From assembly GCA_040220235.1 (NCBI GenBank), contig JAVJTO010000119.1: a stretch of DNA of 64,000 nt; one strand, written 5' to 3'. Positions 20,349-30,436 of this stretch are shown here, in pieces. A program made the position numbers and the translations under genes. Source of the DNA: Coleofasciculus sp. B1-GNL1-01 (GTDB lineage: Bacteria > Cyanobacteriota > Cyanobacteriia > Cyanobacteriales > Coleofasciculaceae). The first letter of the stretch is position 1. The number at the start of each line of letters is the position of its first letter. Under the pieces are notes generated by a model. It searched no databases, was not told the origin of the DNA, and saw only the letters and a list, made by a program, of their open reading frames with translations.

Positions 20349-21050
20349 GTGCAATCAGGAATGAAATGGATTAGTGTGTTCGCCCTCTCCTTAAGTATAT
20401 GGGGATTAGGATGTGGGGTGGCAATAGCAGCCGAACCCAGTCTGGGGAGTTCTTTTAAAGAGTGGTGTCTGAACGGTGGGAGCTTGTCAGATGAAACGAG
20501 AAAAACAGTCTATATACTGTTAGAACAAGCAGGCACAAGTGATTGTTCTCAAGCTGATGCAACTCTGTTGAGTCGTACTGAGCTTCAGCTCTGGGACAAC
20601 TCAATAACAGATATTAGCCCTTTGGCTGGACTTTCCAATCTGACTGTACTTAATCTTGGCAGGAACTCAATAACAGATGTTAGCCCCTTGGCTGAACTTT
20701 CCAATCTGACCAAGCTTTCCCTCGGCTCCAACTCAATAACAGATATTAGCCCTTTGGCTGGACTTTCCAATCTGACTAAGCTTTACCTTGACTCCAACTC
20801 AATAACAGATGTTAGCCCTTTAGCTGGACTTTCCAATCTGACTGAACTTTTCCTGAGCAGCAACTCAATAACAGATGCCAGCCCTCTGGCACAACTTACA
20901 AATCTGAGGAGGCTTTTCCTTGGAGATAATCCCATCGCACAGCCAACTTGCCCAGTCAGTCCCCCAGGTGTTTGCTCTTTTTCCCCCAGGTGTTTGCTCT
21001 TTTCTGTAGAGGGATCTGAGACTTACTGTATCAAATTTCAGGATTTTTAG
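20349..21050 (+). CDS. Secreted leucine-rich repeat (internalin-like) protein
   Basis: Signal peptide; 22-aa LRRs (ITDISPLAGLSNLTxLxLxxN). Confidence 0.9.
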   Translation: MQSGMKWISVFALSLSIWGLGCGVAIAAEPSLGSSFKEWCLNGGSLSDETRKTVYILLEQAGTSDCSQADATLLSRTELQLWDNSITDISPLAGLSNLTVLNLGRNSITDVSPLAELSNLTKLSLGSNSITDISPLAGLSNLTKLYLDSNSITDVSPLAGLSNLTELFLSSNSITDASPLAQLTNLRRLFLGDNPIAQPTCPVSPPGVCSFSPRCLLFSVEGSETYCIKFQDF

Positions 21051-21305
21051 CAGAGTAACACAACGCTATTCACTTACTCCCTCAGTTATCCTTTCTAATA
21101 ATTTTACCCTCTGGCATTAGACCATAAAAACACCCCTTCAGCCCAAAAAAGGAGTGATACAGAGGTGAGGAGCGATCGCGACTTTCTCAAAAAATTGAAA
21201 CACTGTCTGGTTGTGGGTTTGACGGGTTTTGGGAGTGCGATCGCCTAAAAGTACACTTTGCCTTTAAATAATTTATAGACTCTCAATATCAAAGAGAAAT
21301 TAAAG

Positions 21306-22145
21306 ATGAATTTTAAAAGACGAATTGAACATTGGTTTAATCAGAATTTTGATGTAGTGCAACGCCATCAATTTAACTGGGAGATTAGACCCAAGTCTGC
21401 TCAAGGTTGTGTTTCTAGCTGTTTACTATTTGGGCTGATTTTTTGTGCATTATTTTGGCTCACCATCAAATTTTATTCGATTGTGTTTTCGCTCGTAATG
21501 ACTCGCTTAGGCATTGCCCCAAGGTTAGGAATCCCTTTAATCATTACGGTTTTTTTCGGATGCTTCATCAACCTGCCGCTCTATCTGGTATTACAATGTC
21601 AGGGTCGCAGATACTATAAATTCCTGCCAGTATTGATATCGCTTACACCCGGTTCTTACATCCGTTCTTACATCGGCTTAAATGTATCAGGCGGTTTGAT
21701 TCCCATCGTTTTGGCGCTCTATCAATTTCATCGCACTCAACCTTTAGCTATTTTAATCGTGATGACAATTGTTGCACTGATTAGCTATTTTTTTGTCACT
21801 GTATTACCAGGAATAGGGATTTATTTGACTTTCTCAGGTTTTTGGATTATAACACTCATAGCTGTTTTTGCATCAATGATATTCATAGCTGCTTTTACAG
21901 AAATGGGATTAGTGACAAGTGGTGTTGCTCGTCTTGATGTTCCAGTTGCTTTTGCTGGAGGTGTCTTAGGAACAACTATTGGGTGTGATCTACTGCATCT
22001 AAAAGATCTTCATGTTAATAGGGTGGCAAGTGTACTAAGTATTGGTGGTGCTGGGTTAGACGATGGAATCGCCAAGTGTGGTATTTCTGCTTTAATTATT
22101 GCTGAATGGCTTCCGGTTGTCGGTGAATTAATTTCCTTTAACTGA
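21306..22145 (+). CDS. DUF1614-like membrane protein
   Basis: Multiple hydrophobic helices; NVSGGLIP, GVLGTTIGCDLLHL and SIGGAGLDDGI motifs. Confidence 0.75.
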   Translation: MNFKRRIEHWFNQNFDVVQRHQFNWEIRPKSAQGCVSSCLLFGLIFCALFWLTIKFYSIVFSLVMTRLGIAPRLGIPLIITVFFGCFINLPLYLVLQCQGRRYYKFLPVLISLTPGSYIRSYIGLNVSGGLIPIVLALYQFHRTQPLAILIVMTIVALISYFFVTVLPGIGIYLTFSGFWIITLIAVFASMIFIAAFTEMGLVTSGVARLDVPVAFAGGVLGTTIGCDLLHLKDLHVNRVASVLSIGGAGLDDGIAKCGISALIIAEWLPVVGELISFN

Positions 22146-22317
22146 GGTTGTTCACTACCTCAGTGCTTGAGGAGGTAATGGTAATTTTCGCCCACCATTG
22201 CCTTTCTCCACAACGGATGCCCAACAAGGATTACAAAACTTCATACAGTGCCGTTTTCTTTTGTTCGACTACTTATAACCCTCATATCGTAATAAACGGG
22301 ATAATCTGGAGGCGAGA

Positions 22318-23157
22318 GTGTATCAAAGCCAGGAAATGAAACGGATTAGTTTTATCACCCTCTCCTTAAGTCTGTGGGGATGGGGATATGGAGTTGCTAT
22401 AGCTGCCCAACCCAGTCTGGGGAGTTCTTTTAGAAAGTGGTGTCTCCAACGAGGCAGTTTATCAGCCTCTTTAAGAAAAACAGTTGAGGTACTGTTAGAA
22501 GAAGCAGGCACAAGTGATTGTTCTCAAGCCGATGAAATTCTGTCGAGTCTGAATTATCTTGTCCTTGGCTATAACCAAATAAAAGATGTAAGTCCTCTGT
22601 CTGGACTTACCTCACTAACTGAGCTTTACCTCTGGAACAACCAAATAAAAGATGTAAGTCCTCTTTCTGGGCTTACCAATTTGACTGTGCTTAACCTCAA
22701 CAATAACAAAATAACAGATATCAGTCCTCTGTCTGGACTTACCTCACTGACTGGGCTTATCCTCGGTGGTAACCAAATAAAAGATGTAAGTCCTCTGTTG
22801 GAACTTACCAATCTGGGTTATCTTGTCCTTGGCAATAACAAAATAACAGATATCAGTCCTCTGTCTGGACTTACCAATCTGACTATACTTATCCTTGACA
22901 ATAACCAAATAACAGATATCAGTCCTCTGTCTGGACTTACCAATCTAGGAGGGCTTATCCTCAACTCTAACCAAATAACAGATATCAGTCCTCTGTCGGG
23001 ACTTACCAATCTAGGAGGGCTTCACCTCAACTCTAACCAAATAACAGATGTCAGTTCTCTTTTTGAGCTTACCAATCTGAGGAGGCTTCACCTTAAAGAC
23101 AATCCTATACCACAGCCAATCTGTCCAATCAGTCCCACAGGTTTTTGCGAGTTATGA
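22318..23157 (+). CDS. Secreted leucine-rich repeat (internalin-like) protein, paralog of 20349
   Basis: Shares the N-terminus (PSLGSSF..WCL, AGTSDCSQAD); 22-aa LRRs. Confidence 0.9.
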   Translation: MYQSQEMKRISFITLSLSLWGWGYGVAIAAQPSLGSSFRKWCLQRGSLSASLRKTVEVLLEEAGTSDCSQADEILSSLNYLVLGYNQIKDVSPLSGLTSLTELYLWNNQIKDVSPLSGLTNLTVLNLNNNKITDISPLSGLTSLTGLILGGNQIKDVSPLLELTNLGYLVLGNNKITDISPLSGLTNLTILILDNNQITDISPLSGLTNLGGLILNSNQITDISPLSGLTNLGGLHLNSNQITDVSSLFELTNLRRLHLKDNPIPQPICPISPTGFCEL

Positions 23158-23354
23158 CCATAACATTTCATTTCCTATTACGATAAAGTTTATTTAGCAC
23201 GGATGGGTAGTCCAGTATAAGGTGACTTTGACGTCGGGACATTAGCCGGAACCCAAGCACTGGTTGTGCAATTAGGCGGTGAAGTCAATCCAATTAATCT
23301 TACTTCAACCGTTGAAAAGCCGTCCACAATAACGTAAAAAGTCTGTTTCTTTAT

Positions 23355-24161
23355 TTATTCTTGAATAAAATCCTCAATTGTTTGTTTGACTAAGAGCGCT
23401 TCATTTTCGTTAAAAGTCGCCATTAGCAGACACCTTTCTCCGGAAGATAACACTAAAAATAAGGCATAAGTACTAGGTTCATCTATATCACTAGATTCGT
23501 ATTTATTTTGTTCAATATTATTAATTTTGCTAAGTTCGTACTGTTTGATTTTATTTCCATGCTTATCAATAAATGTATTAGTTGCTTTACTTAATGTAAA
23601 GCTTCTACTTTTAGCGTCATAAATCATAGATTTAATAATAGAAATTAACCTGGAAATCCACATATATGTGAACAGTAAAATAAAAATGTACGCGCCTATG
23701 AACTGTTGTTCTTCTTCCCAGTTAATGCGTTTAAGGATTAAAGAGGATTCATTAGAGTTAATGAAACTGTTAATTTCTGAGGCAAGTGTGGCTACAGCCT
23801 CATGGTTACTAGATTCATATATAATATTAGAATTTAAAATATTAACACGCCCATCAACAATCACTAAAGCTACCGAGTGGTCAGTAATTAATATAGCCTC
23901 TTTAGTCAATCCCGTTTTAATAATGGGTTCTTTAATAAGACCAAAAAGTTCATCATGAGTGTACTCGCATTCAACCAAGGTAGCTTCAACTCGATTGCAA
24001 GAAAGAGTAAAGATGTTAAAGGGAGATAAAAGAAGACCCACCAGAGCGAACGCTACAGCCCAAAATGGTGAGAGCAAGAAAAAAGCAAATACTTTGTGTA
24101 GCCAGGTAGCTTTTTCTCTTTGAATAACTAATTCATTGGTAGTTTGCTTGCTAACATACAT
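23355..24161 (-). CDS. Hypothetical membrane protein
   Basis: 268-aa AT-rich ORF with two hydrophobic segments and TLSCNR...C. Confidence 0.65.
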   Translation of the reverse strand: MYVSKQTTNELVIQREKATWLHKVFAFFLLSPFWAVAFALVGLLLSPFNIFTLSCNRVEATLVECEYTHDELFGLIKEPIIKTGLTKEAILITDHSVALVIVDGRVNILNSNIIYESSNHEAVATLASEINSFINSNESSLILKRINWEEEQQFIGAYIFILLFTYMWISRLISIIKSMIYDAKSRSFTLSKATNTFIDKHGNKIKQYELSKINNIEQNKYESSDIDEPSTYALFLVLSSGERCLLMATFNENEALLVKQTIEDFIQE

Positions 24162-24319
24162 GGTTGTATTTTTGGTATGGTTGTTTAGAAGTTAAAGACC
24201 ACTACATCTGTTGTACTCTATACCTTGAAACATTTCCGGAAAGAAATCAAAAATTTACCTAATGCTTGTAACTTTTGACCTAAGGTAATTTAGGCAATGT
24301 TGATTAAACTATTTTTGCT

Positions 24320-25846
24320 TCAAAAAAAGAACCAGAGGTTGGATAAATCATTCTCTGAGGCACTGTCTATGTCTGAGGTATTGTCTCTGAAATTGGACTC
24401 CGTATTCATTACCTCAGTGGATATCCCACTTTGATTACCTAAGATAGGGACTTCCCCGGCGGTTTGAATGGGCAAATCCAACCAATCACTTAACTCAACG
24501 GCTAGCCAGTCTAGCTCCACTGGAGTCAATTGGCGTATTCCCCCAATCAACGAGCCTTTTTCCAGTGCATAACATTGATTCCCTACCCAGATATTCAGTC
24601 CACTATACAGAAGTTTTGGCTTACTGGTCTTTTGCATGGTGTCGAAGTATTCTTTGTAGGTGACGCGCTCAAGTTTGATGATATCTTTGGTTGGTGATGA
24701 ATATCTTTTTTTAATACCTAACCAGTTCCTAGTTAAGTAAATCTCTCTTGGCTCAATGGACAACTGAATCTCTTCAAATATTTTGCCAATAATCTTTATC
24801 CATATTGACGAAACTATCCACAGCGTAAATGGTGCAACCAATAATAAAGTTTCAAGTTTCCAAAAGCCTAACAGTAAGAGAAGACACCAGAAGCTCGTTT
24901 GCTTCAACCCAGAAAAAATAACTTGGAGTTTCTGTTTAAGGGGAAGCGGAGAAATAACAATTTGTAGTTGGTCATCCGTTTTAGTTAGAACAACTCGGCT
25001 ACCCCTAGGCTTTACGTGAACCTTTGCTAAGGACTGTAGTGTCAGTTGCTCCTTTTGTAAAGCATCCAAGGCTGACCGAGCATTCTTGAATCGCTGACTA
25101 AGATCGGGTTGAATTAGTAATTTAAGCCAGGTTTGGAACGGCTTACTGGCGAGTCGTTCCCCCTCAAACCGAATACAACCGTTGCGGCTGGGTAAATCAG
25201 CGGGATGGGTTCTAGTTAGCAAGTCAATTAATGTAGCACCCAAGCTATACAAATCTGAGGCAGGAATTGTCTTGCCACCAAACTGCTCAGGTGGCATATA
25301 ACCATAGGTACCGACGACTGTAATCGTGCCACCATCTGCTACCGTTTGCACTGAGCCAAAATCAACGAGATAGACTTGACCAAGACTATTCCCACTGCGA
25401 TCGCCCAACAGAATATTGCTTGGCTTAATATCCCGATGAATGACAGGTGGTTGGTGGGTGTGGAGGTAATCCAAAATTTCTAATAATTCCTGGGCAATTG
25501 CCCTGAGATCTGCTTCACTGAAATGACGCCCAACTTGCATCCAGTCCTGGAGCGATCGCGCCTCAATGTAACTTTGCACTAGGGCGAACCCTTTGCCTAA
25601 CTGGGTATCAACCTCAAAGGAGTCAAGATACTGAGGAATTAATGGATGATCAAGAGCCTTGAGAGTTTTTGCCTCTCGTTCAAACAGTTTCAGATCCTCC
25701 CAAGTAAAATCCGGATCAAGCAAAAGTAATTTGATCACAACGGGCGAATGGGTTTGTAAATCACTCGCCAAAAAAGTCCTCCGCCCTCTTTGGCGACCGA
25801 GCATGGATTGAATACGGTAGCGATCATTCAAGAGTTGATTAATCAT
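24320..25846 (-). CDS. Ser/Thr protein kinase with C-terminal membrane segments
   Basis: VVIK, HRDIKPSN, DFG and GTYGYMPPEQ motifs. Confidence 0.93.
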   Translation of the reverse strand: MINQLLNDRYRIQSMLGRQRGRRTFLASDLQTHSPVVIKLLLLDPDFTWEDLKLFEREAKTLKALDHPLIPQYLDSFEVDTQLGKGFALVQSYIEARSLQDWMQVGRHFSEADLRAIAQELLEILDYLHTHQPPVIHRDIKPSNILLGDRSGNSLGQVYLVDFGSVQTVADGGTITVVGTYGYMPPEQFGGKTIPASDLYSLGATLIDLLTRTHPADLPSRNGCIRFEGERLASKPFQTWLKLLIQPDLSQRFKNARSALDALQKEQLTLQSLAKVHVKPRGSRVVLTKTDDQLQIVISPLPLKQKLQVIFSGLKQTSFWCLLLLLGFWKLETLLLVAPFTLWIVSSIWIKIIGKIFEEIQLSIEPREIYLTRNWLGIKKRYSSPTKDIIKLERVTYKEYFDTMQKTSKPKLLYSGLNIWVGNQCYALEKGSLIGGIRQLTPVELDWLAVELSDWLDLPIQTAGEVPILGNQSGISTEVMNTESNFRDNTSDIDSASENDLSNLWFFF

Positions 25847-25849
25847 GTC

Positions 25850-26051
25850 TTATACCCCACATTCCTTTAAACGCTAACTGTAACCGCTTGAGGGTTTGTT
25901 GCAACACCTGCGAATGTACTTGCTTGAGTTCAGGGATGTCTTTTTTGGCTTGAGTCAGGTTTTTGCACTGGCTAGCATAGGTGGGTGCTGGTTTATCAGC
26001 TGGTATGATGTACTCATATTGAAGCGAACAAGCGTTAACTTGGCGTGGCAC
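25850..26051 (-). pseudogene. tnpB: IS200/IS605 TnpB N-terminal fragment
   Basis: PTYASQCKNLTQAKKDIPELKQVHSQVLQQTLKRLQLAF is typical of the cyanobacterial TnpB helical region; no RuvC or Zn finger present. Confidence 0.75.
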
Positions 26052-26057
26052 TTTAGT

Positions 26058-27116
<1,059 letters not shown>

Positions 27117-27143
27117 TGAGACGCTACATTTCCTGGTAACTGA

Positions 27144-28529
27144 TTAATTGATCTCAAGCAGGGAATAACAGAGCAGAGTAATCACCAATGTGCCGAAAAA
27201 ATTCAACACCAAACCCTCACGTACCATGCGACTGATAGGGAACTTTCCTGTACTGTAGACAATCGCATTGGGAGCTGTAGCGACTGGCAGCATAAAAGCA
27301 CAACTAGCGCTAATCGTGGCAGGAATCATCAGCAGGGTTGGCTCTAATTTGGCAGCCAATGCCGCTGCACCCAAAATTGGCATCAGCAGGGTGGTTGTTG
27401 CTGTATTGCTAGTGACTTCAGTCAGAAAGGTGACAACTAGGCAAATAAGTGCCAGTGTTAACAGCATCGGCAAAACTGACAGATTCGATAGCAATTGTCC
27501 CAAAGACTCGCTTAAACCTGAAGCCGAGAAGGCATTGGCAATGGCAATCCCGCCGCTAAAGAGAATGAGTAAACCCCAGGGTATGCGCTCCGCTGTTTCC
27601 CAGTCGAGTAGTTTACCCCCTTGACCATCAGGTAGGATGAACATCACCACAACCATGAACAGTGCCACCGTACTGTCCCCCACTTCTGGCGTACCCAACA
27701 GCCGACTCCAGCCACCAAAGGGTTCAATGCGCGTACTCCAGGCTAGAGCCGTGATCACAAAGATAATCAGTACCCGTTTTTCGGCAGCGCTCCAAGGATT
27801 GAGTGTGGGGAGTTCCAGCGTTGATTTACCCCGCAAATGCCGCGTCAGCCACAGCCAAGTTAAAGGCACCATTAACACGACGACAGGTACACCCAATTTC
27901 ATCCAGTCTAGAAAACTGAAAACCTTGCCGGTAATTTCTTCGTACTGGGCAAGAAAAATGACATTAGGCGGCGTACCGATAGGAGTACCAATCCCGCCAA
28001 CACTCGCTCCATAGGCGATTCCCAGGAGTAACGGCACTTCCAGCCGTCGATTGGCACACTGCTCTAGTACCGCTACGGCTATTGGTAGCAGCATCAGTGT
28101 TGTGGCGGTGTTCGATACCCACATACTCAGTAGGGCTGAAGCCAGCATGAATCCTAGCACGAGAGTTTTGCCCCCATCCCTGCCCACGAGACGCACCATC
28201 CCAATAGCTAGACGACGATGGACTCCGCTTTTCTCAATCGCCGTCGAAAGCATAAATCCGCCGAGTAGTAACATGATCAGGTGATGACCATAGGCAGTGG
28301 CTACCTGTTTGTCGCTCAGCACACCAGCGCCGGGAAACACCGCAAACGGGATTAGCGACGTAGCCGGAATCGGGATTGGCTCGAAGCACCACCAGACGGC
28401 ACAGAGTACGGTTACGGCTGCAGTCCAGCACTCATCCAGGGATTGATTCACCAGCCGCAGCCAGACAAACACAATCGTTGCTAGAACTGGACCACCAATT
28501 AACGCCAACCTCTGATAATTCGCTTTCAT
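27144..28529 (-). CDS. SLC13/DASS sodium:dicarboxylate or sulfate symporter
   Basis: Two SNT motifs (MWVSNTATT, EVTSNTATT), GTPIGTPPN and MLPVATAPN. Confidence 0.92.
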   Translation of the reverse strand: MKANYQRLALIGGPVLATIVFVWLRLVNQSLDECWTAAVTVLCAVWWCFEPIPIPATSLIPFAVFPGAGVLSDKQVATAYGHHLIMLLLGGFMLSTAIEKSGVHRRLAIGMVRLVGRDGGKTLVLGFMLASALLSMWVSNTATTLMLLPIAVAVLEQCANRRLEVPLLLGIAYGASVGGIGTPIGTPPNVIFLAQYEEITGKVFSFLDWMKLGVPVVVLMVPLTWLWLTRHLRGKSTLELPTLNPWSAAEKRVLIIFVITALAWSTRIEPFGGWSRLLGTPEVGDSTVALFMVVVMFILPDGQGGKLLDWETAERIPWGLLILFSGGIAIANAFSASGLSESLGQLLSNLSVLPMLLTLALICLVVTFLTEVTSNTATTTLLMPILGAAALAAKLEPTLLMIPATISASCAFMLPVATAPNAIVYSTGKFPISRMVREGLVLNFFGTLVITLLCYSLLEIN

Positions 28530-28746
28530 AGTCAAGATTGAATTTCGCGCTTGTATTTTTCTATTCGTCCCAGAAGCCGCTTTTTTCTGCACAAGGGTGA
28601 GACAATGGGGAGTAAATCGGGAATAGTGTTAAGCTTTGTAACAAAAACTGGAGTTTGGCATAATCGTCTCACCATTGACCCGACTACTAGATCAAAGCAG
28701 ATGATTTGATCAACCCGAGTTATAGGGATTCGAGTGTCTTGATATT

Positions 28747-29388
28747 ATGGTGGGTAATCAGCAACTCAATAAAGAACTCAGGCAGCTAGCCATCAAAGCT
28801 CAACAGCATCCTGCTAATACGAAAATGCGGCAAATAGCGTTAACCCGGTTAGTCAATGCTATTCAGCGTTCCGGTAAGCTTTGTCGTCCCTATTCGGGTC
28901 AGTTTTCTGGGTTGTATGAGGATATTTATAGTTCCGCCTGCAATCGGACGTTTCTTTATATCTGTCAAAATATTGATAGTTATAATCAGAATAGAGGAGA
29001 AGTAATAGCATGGGTTAATTTTATCATGAAAAGACGATTTATTGATGCTATTAATGAGACATTCAGCTCATTTGTGAAACCTAGCAATTGTCGCAACAAA
29101 AGACTGGGTGCTGAAAATCTAGAACAACTTGTAACATCAGACTTAAATCCTTTTTTATCTTCGGAAATCATCTTCTGGATCAAAGAAGATCCAGATGGTC
29201 TTTTTCAAGCCACACATATCTCGAATCATACAGAGGTCAATTTTCAATATTTAGTGATCAAGAGAATTGAAGGATATTCGTGGCGAGAATTATCCGAGCA
29301 TTTAAAAATACCACTGTCAACCCTAAGTCGATTTTACGACCGTTGCTTGACTCGGTTTTCTTCCCATTTGCGAGAATATTTGTATTAG
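28747..29388 (+). CDS. Cyanobacterial ECF/sigma-70-like (HetZ-related) DNA-binding protein
   Basis: Region-2-like YICQNIDSYN...WVNF; C-terminal HTH GYSWRELSEHLKIPLSTLSRFYDRC. Confidence 0.7.
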   Translation: MVGNQQLNKELRQLAIKAQQHPANTKMRQIALTRLVNAIQRSGKLCRPYSGQFSGLYEDIYSSACNRTFLYICQNIDSYNQNRGEVIAWVNFIMKRRFIDAINETFSSFVKPSNCRNKRLGAENLEQLVTSDLNPFLSSEIIFWIKEDPDGLFQATHISNHTEVNFQYLVIKRIEGYSWRELSEHLKIPLSTLSRFYDRCLTRFSSHLREYLY

Positions 29389-29419
29389 TTATTTTAGTCA
29401 TTAATTCAAGACGGTAATC

Positions 29420-30409
29420 ATGAATGACATCTTACCCAAACCAACATTCAGTGTAGCGTTAACCAAGTCCGTACATTATCGGGCAAACCAGTTGGCAAAA
29501 CAGCAGTCTAATCCTAAAATAGCGCAACAAATTTACCTTGCTATTCTCGCCATAAATGCTGTTAATTTTTACTGTCAGTGTATGGGAATTGAGACATATT
29601 TATCAGGAAATTGCAGCCAAAATTTAGCAAAATCAACGCCTACAGACATTGCCGATTTATTACTCAAAAATATAGGGACAATAAAGTGCCTTCCAGTCTG
29701 CTCAGAGTCGCAGGTGGTTAAGATTCCTGCTGAACTTAAGGGAAACCAAATTGGCTATTTAGTTGTGCAGTTCAACGAATCTCTCACCGAAGGAACACTA
29801 CTGGGATTTGTCAAAACAGTGAAAACATCAGAGTTACCGTTGATTCAGTTAGGTTCCCTGGAAGACTTTCTGGAGGAGATAGAAACCCTGATGACACTAA
29901 TCAACTTGAGTCAGTGGTTTGAGAATATCTTTGAGGGAGGTTGGCAAAATTTTACCGCCGCGTTTAAACCCTCAGCACCGCAACCCGCATGGCGTTTTAT
30001 GCCAAAGCCACGTCAAGTCACTCCTGTTTCTCACAACAATAGGCAAGGAAAGGACTCAGAGAGTTTTCCAAGTCAATTGGGAATGAGGAGGTCTAGAGTG
30101 ACAGGAGTTAAACCCATAAAATTAGGCACAAACCAGACGGATTACGTCCTAGACTTAGTTGTCAGTTTAACCGAAATCGTCGAGAAAAAAATGGATATAG
30201 AAGTGCAAATTCATCCCCGCGATCGCGAAACTCTCCCCCTGGGTCTAACCTTGAGCATAATTGATGAAGCCGGACAAGTGTTTTCCGAACGTTCAGCCAG
30301 GATCAATTCGACTATACTCACCAAACGATTTCGCGGTAAACTCAAAGAACAGTTTACGCTAAAATTATCGTTGGCAGAAGCCAGCTTCACCGAAAACTTT
30401 GCGGTCTAA
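29420..30409 (+). CDS. DUF1822 family protein
   Basis: IGYLVVQFNESLTEGTLLGF, NLSQWFENIFEGGWQ and C-terminal FTENFAV. Confidence 0.8.
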   Translation: MNDILPKPTFSVALTKSVHYRANQLAKQQSNPKIAQQIYLAILAINAVNFYCQCMGIETYLSGNCSQNLAKSTPTDIADLLLKNIGTIKCLPVCSESQVVKIPAELKGNQIGYLVVQFNESLTEGTLLGFVKTVKTSELPLIQLGSLEDFLEEIETLMTLINLSQWFENIFEGGWQNFTAAFKPSAPQPAWRFMPKPRQVTPVSHNNRQGKDSESFPSQLGMRRSRVTGVKPIKLGTNQTDYVLDLVVSLTEIVEKKMDIEVQIHPRDRETLPLGLTLSIIDEAGQVFSERSARINSTILTKRFRGKLKEQFTLKLSLAEASFTENFAV

Positions 30410-30436
30410 CGGCGTTGAGAGTGAAAGGAGTCGGTA

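Noticed and set aside
20570..23100. 66-bp periodic repeats as a CRISPR array or DGR template/variable repeat pair
   Set aside because: They are in-frame LRR coding units. There are no unique spacers, cas genes or reverse transcriptase, and differences are not adenine-specific.
23200..23340. Possible gene fragment (GDFDVGTLAGTQALVVQLGGEV)
   Set aside because: Too short to assign to any family by eye.
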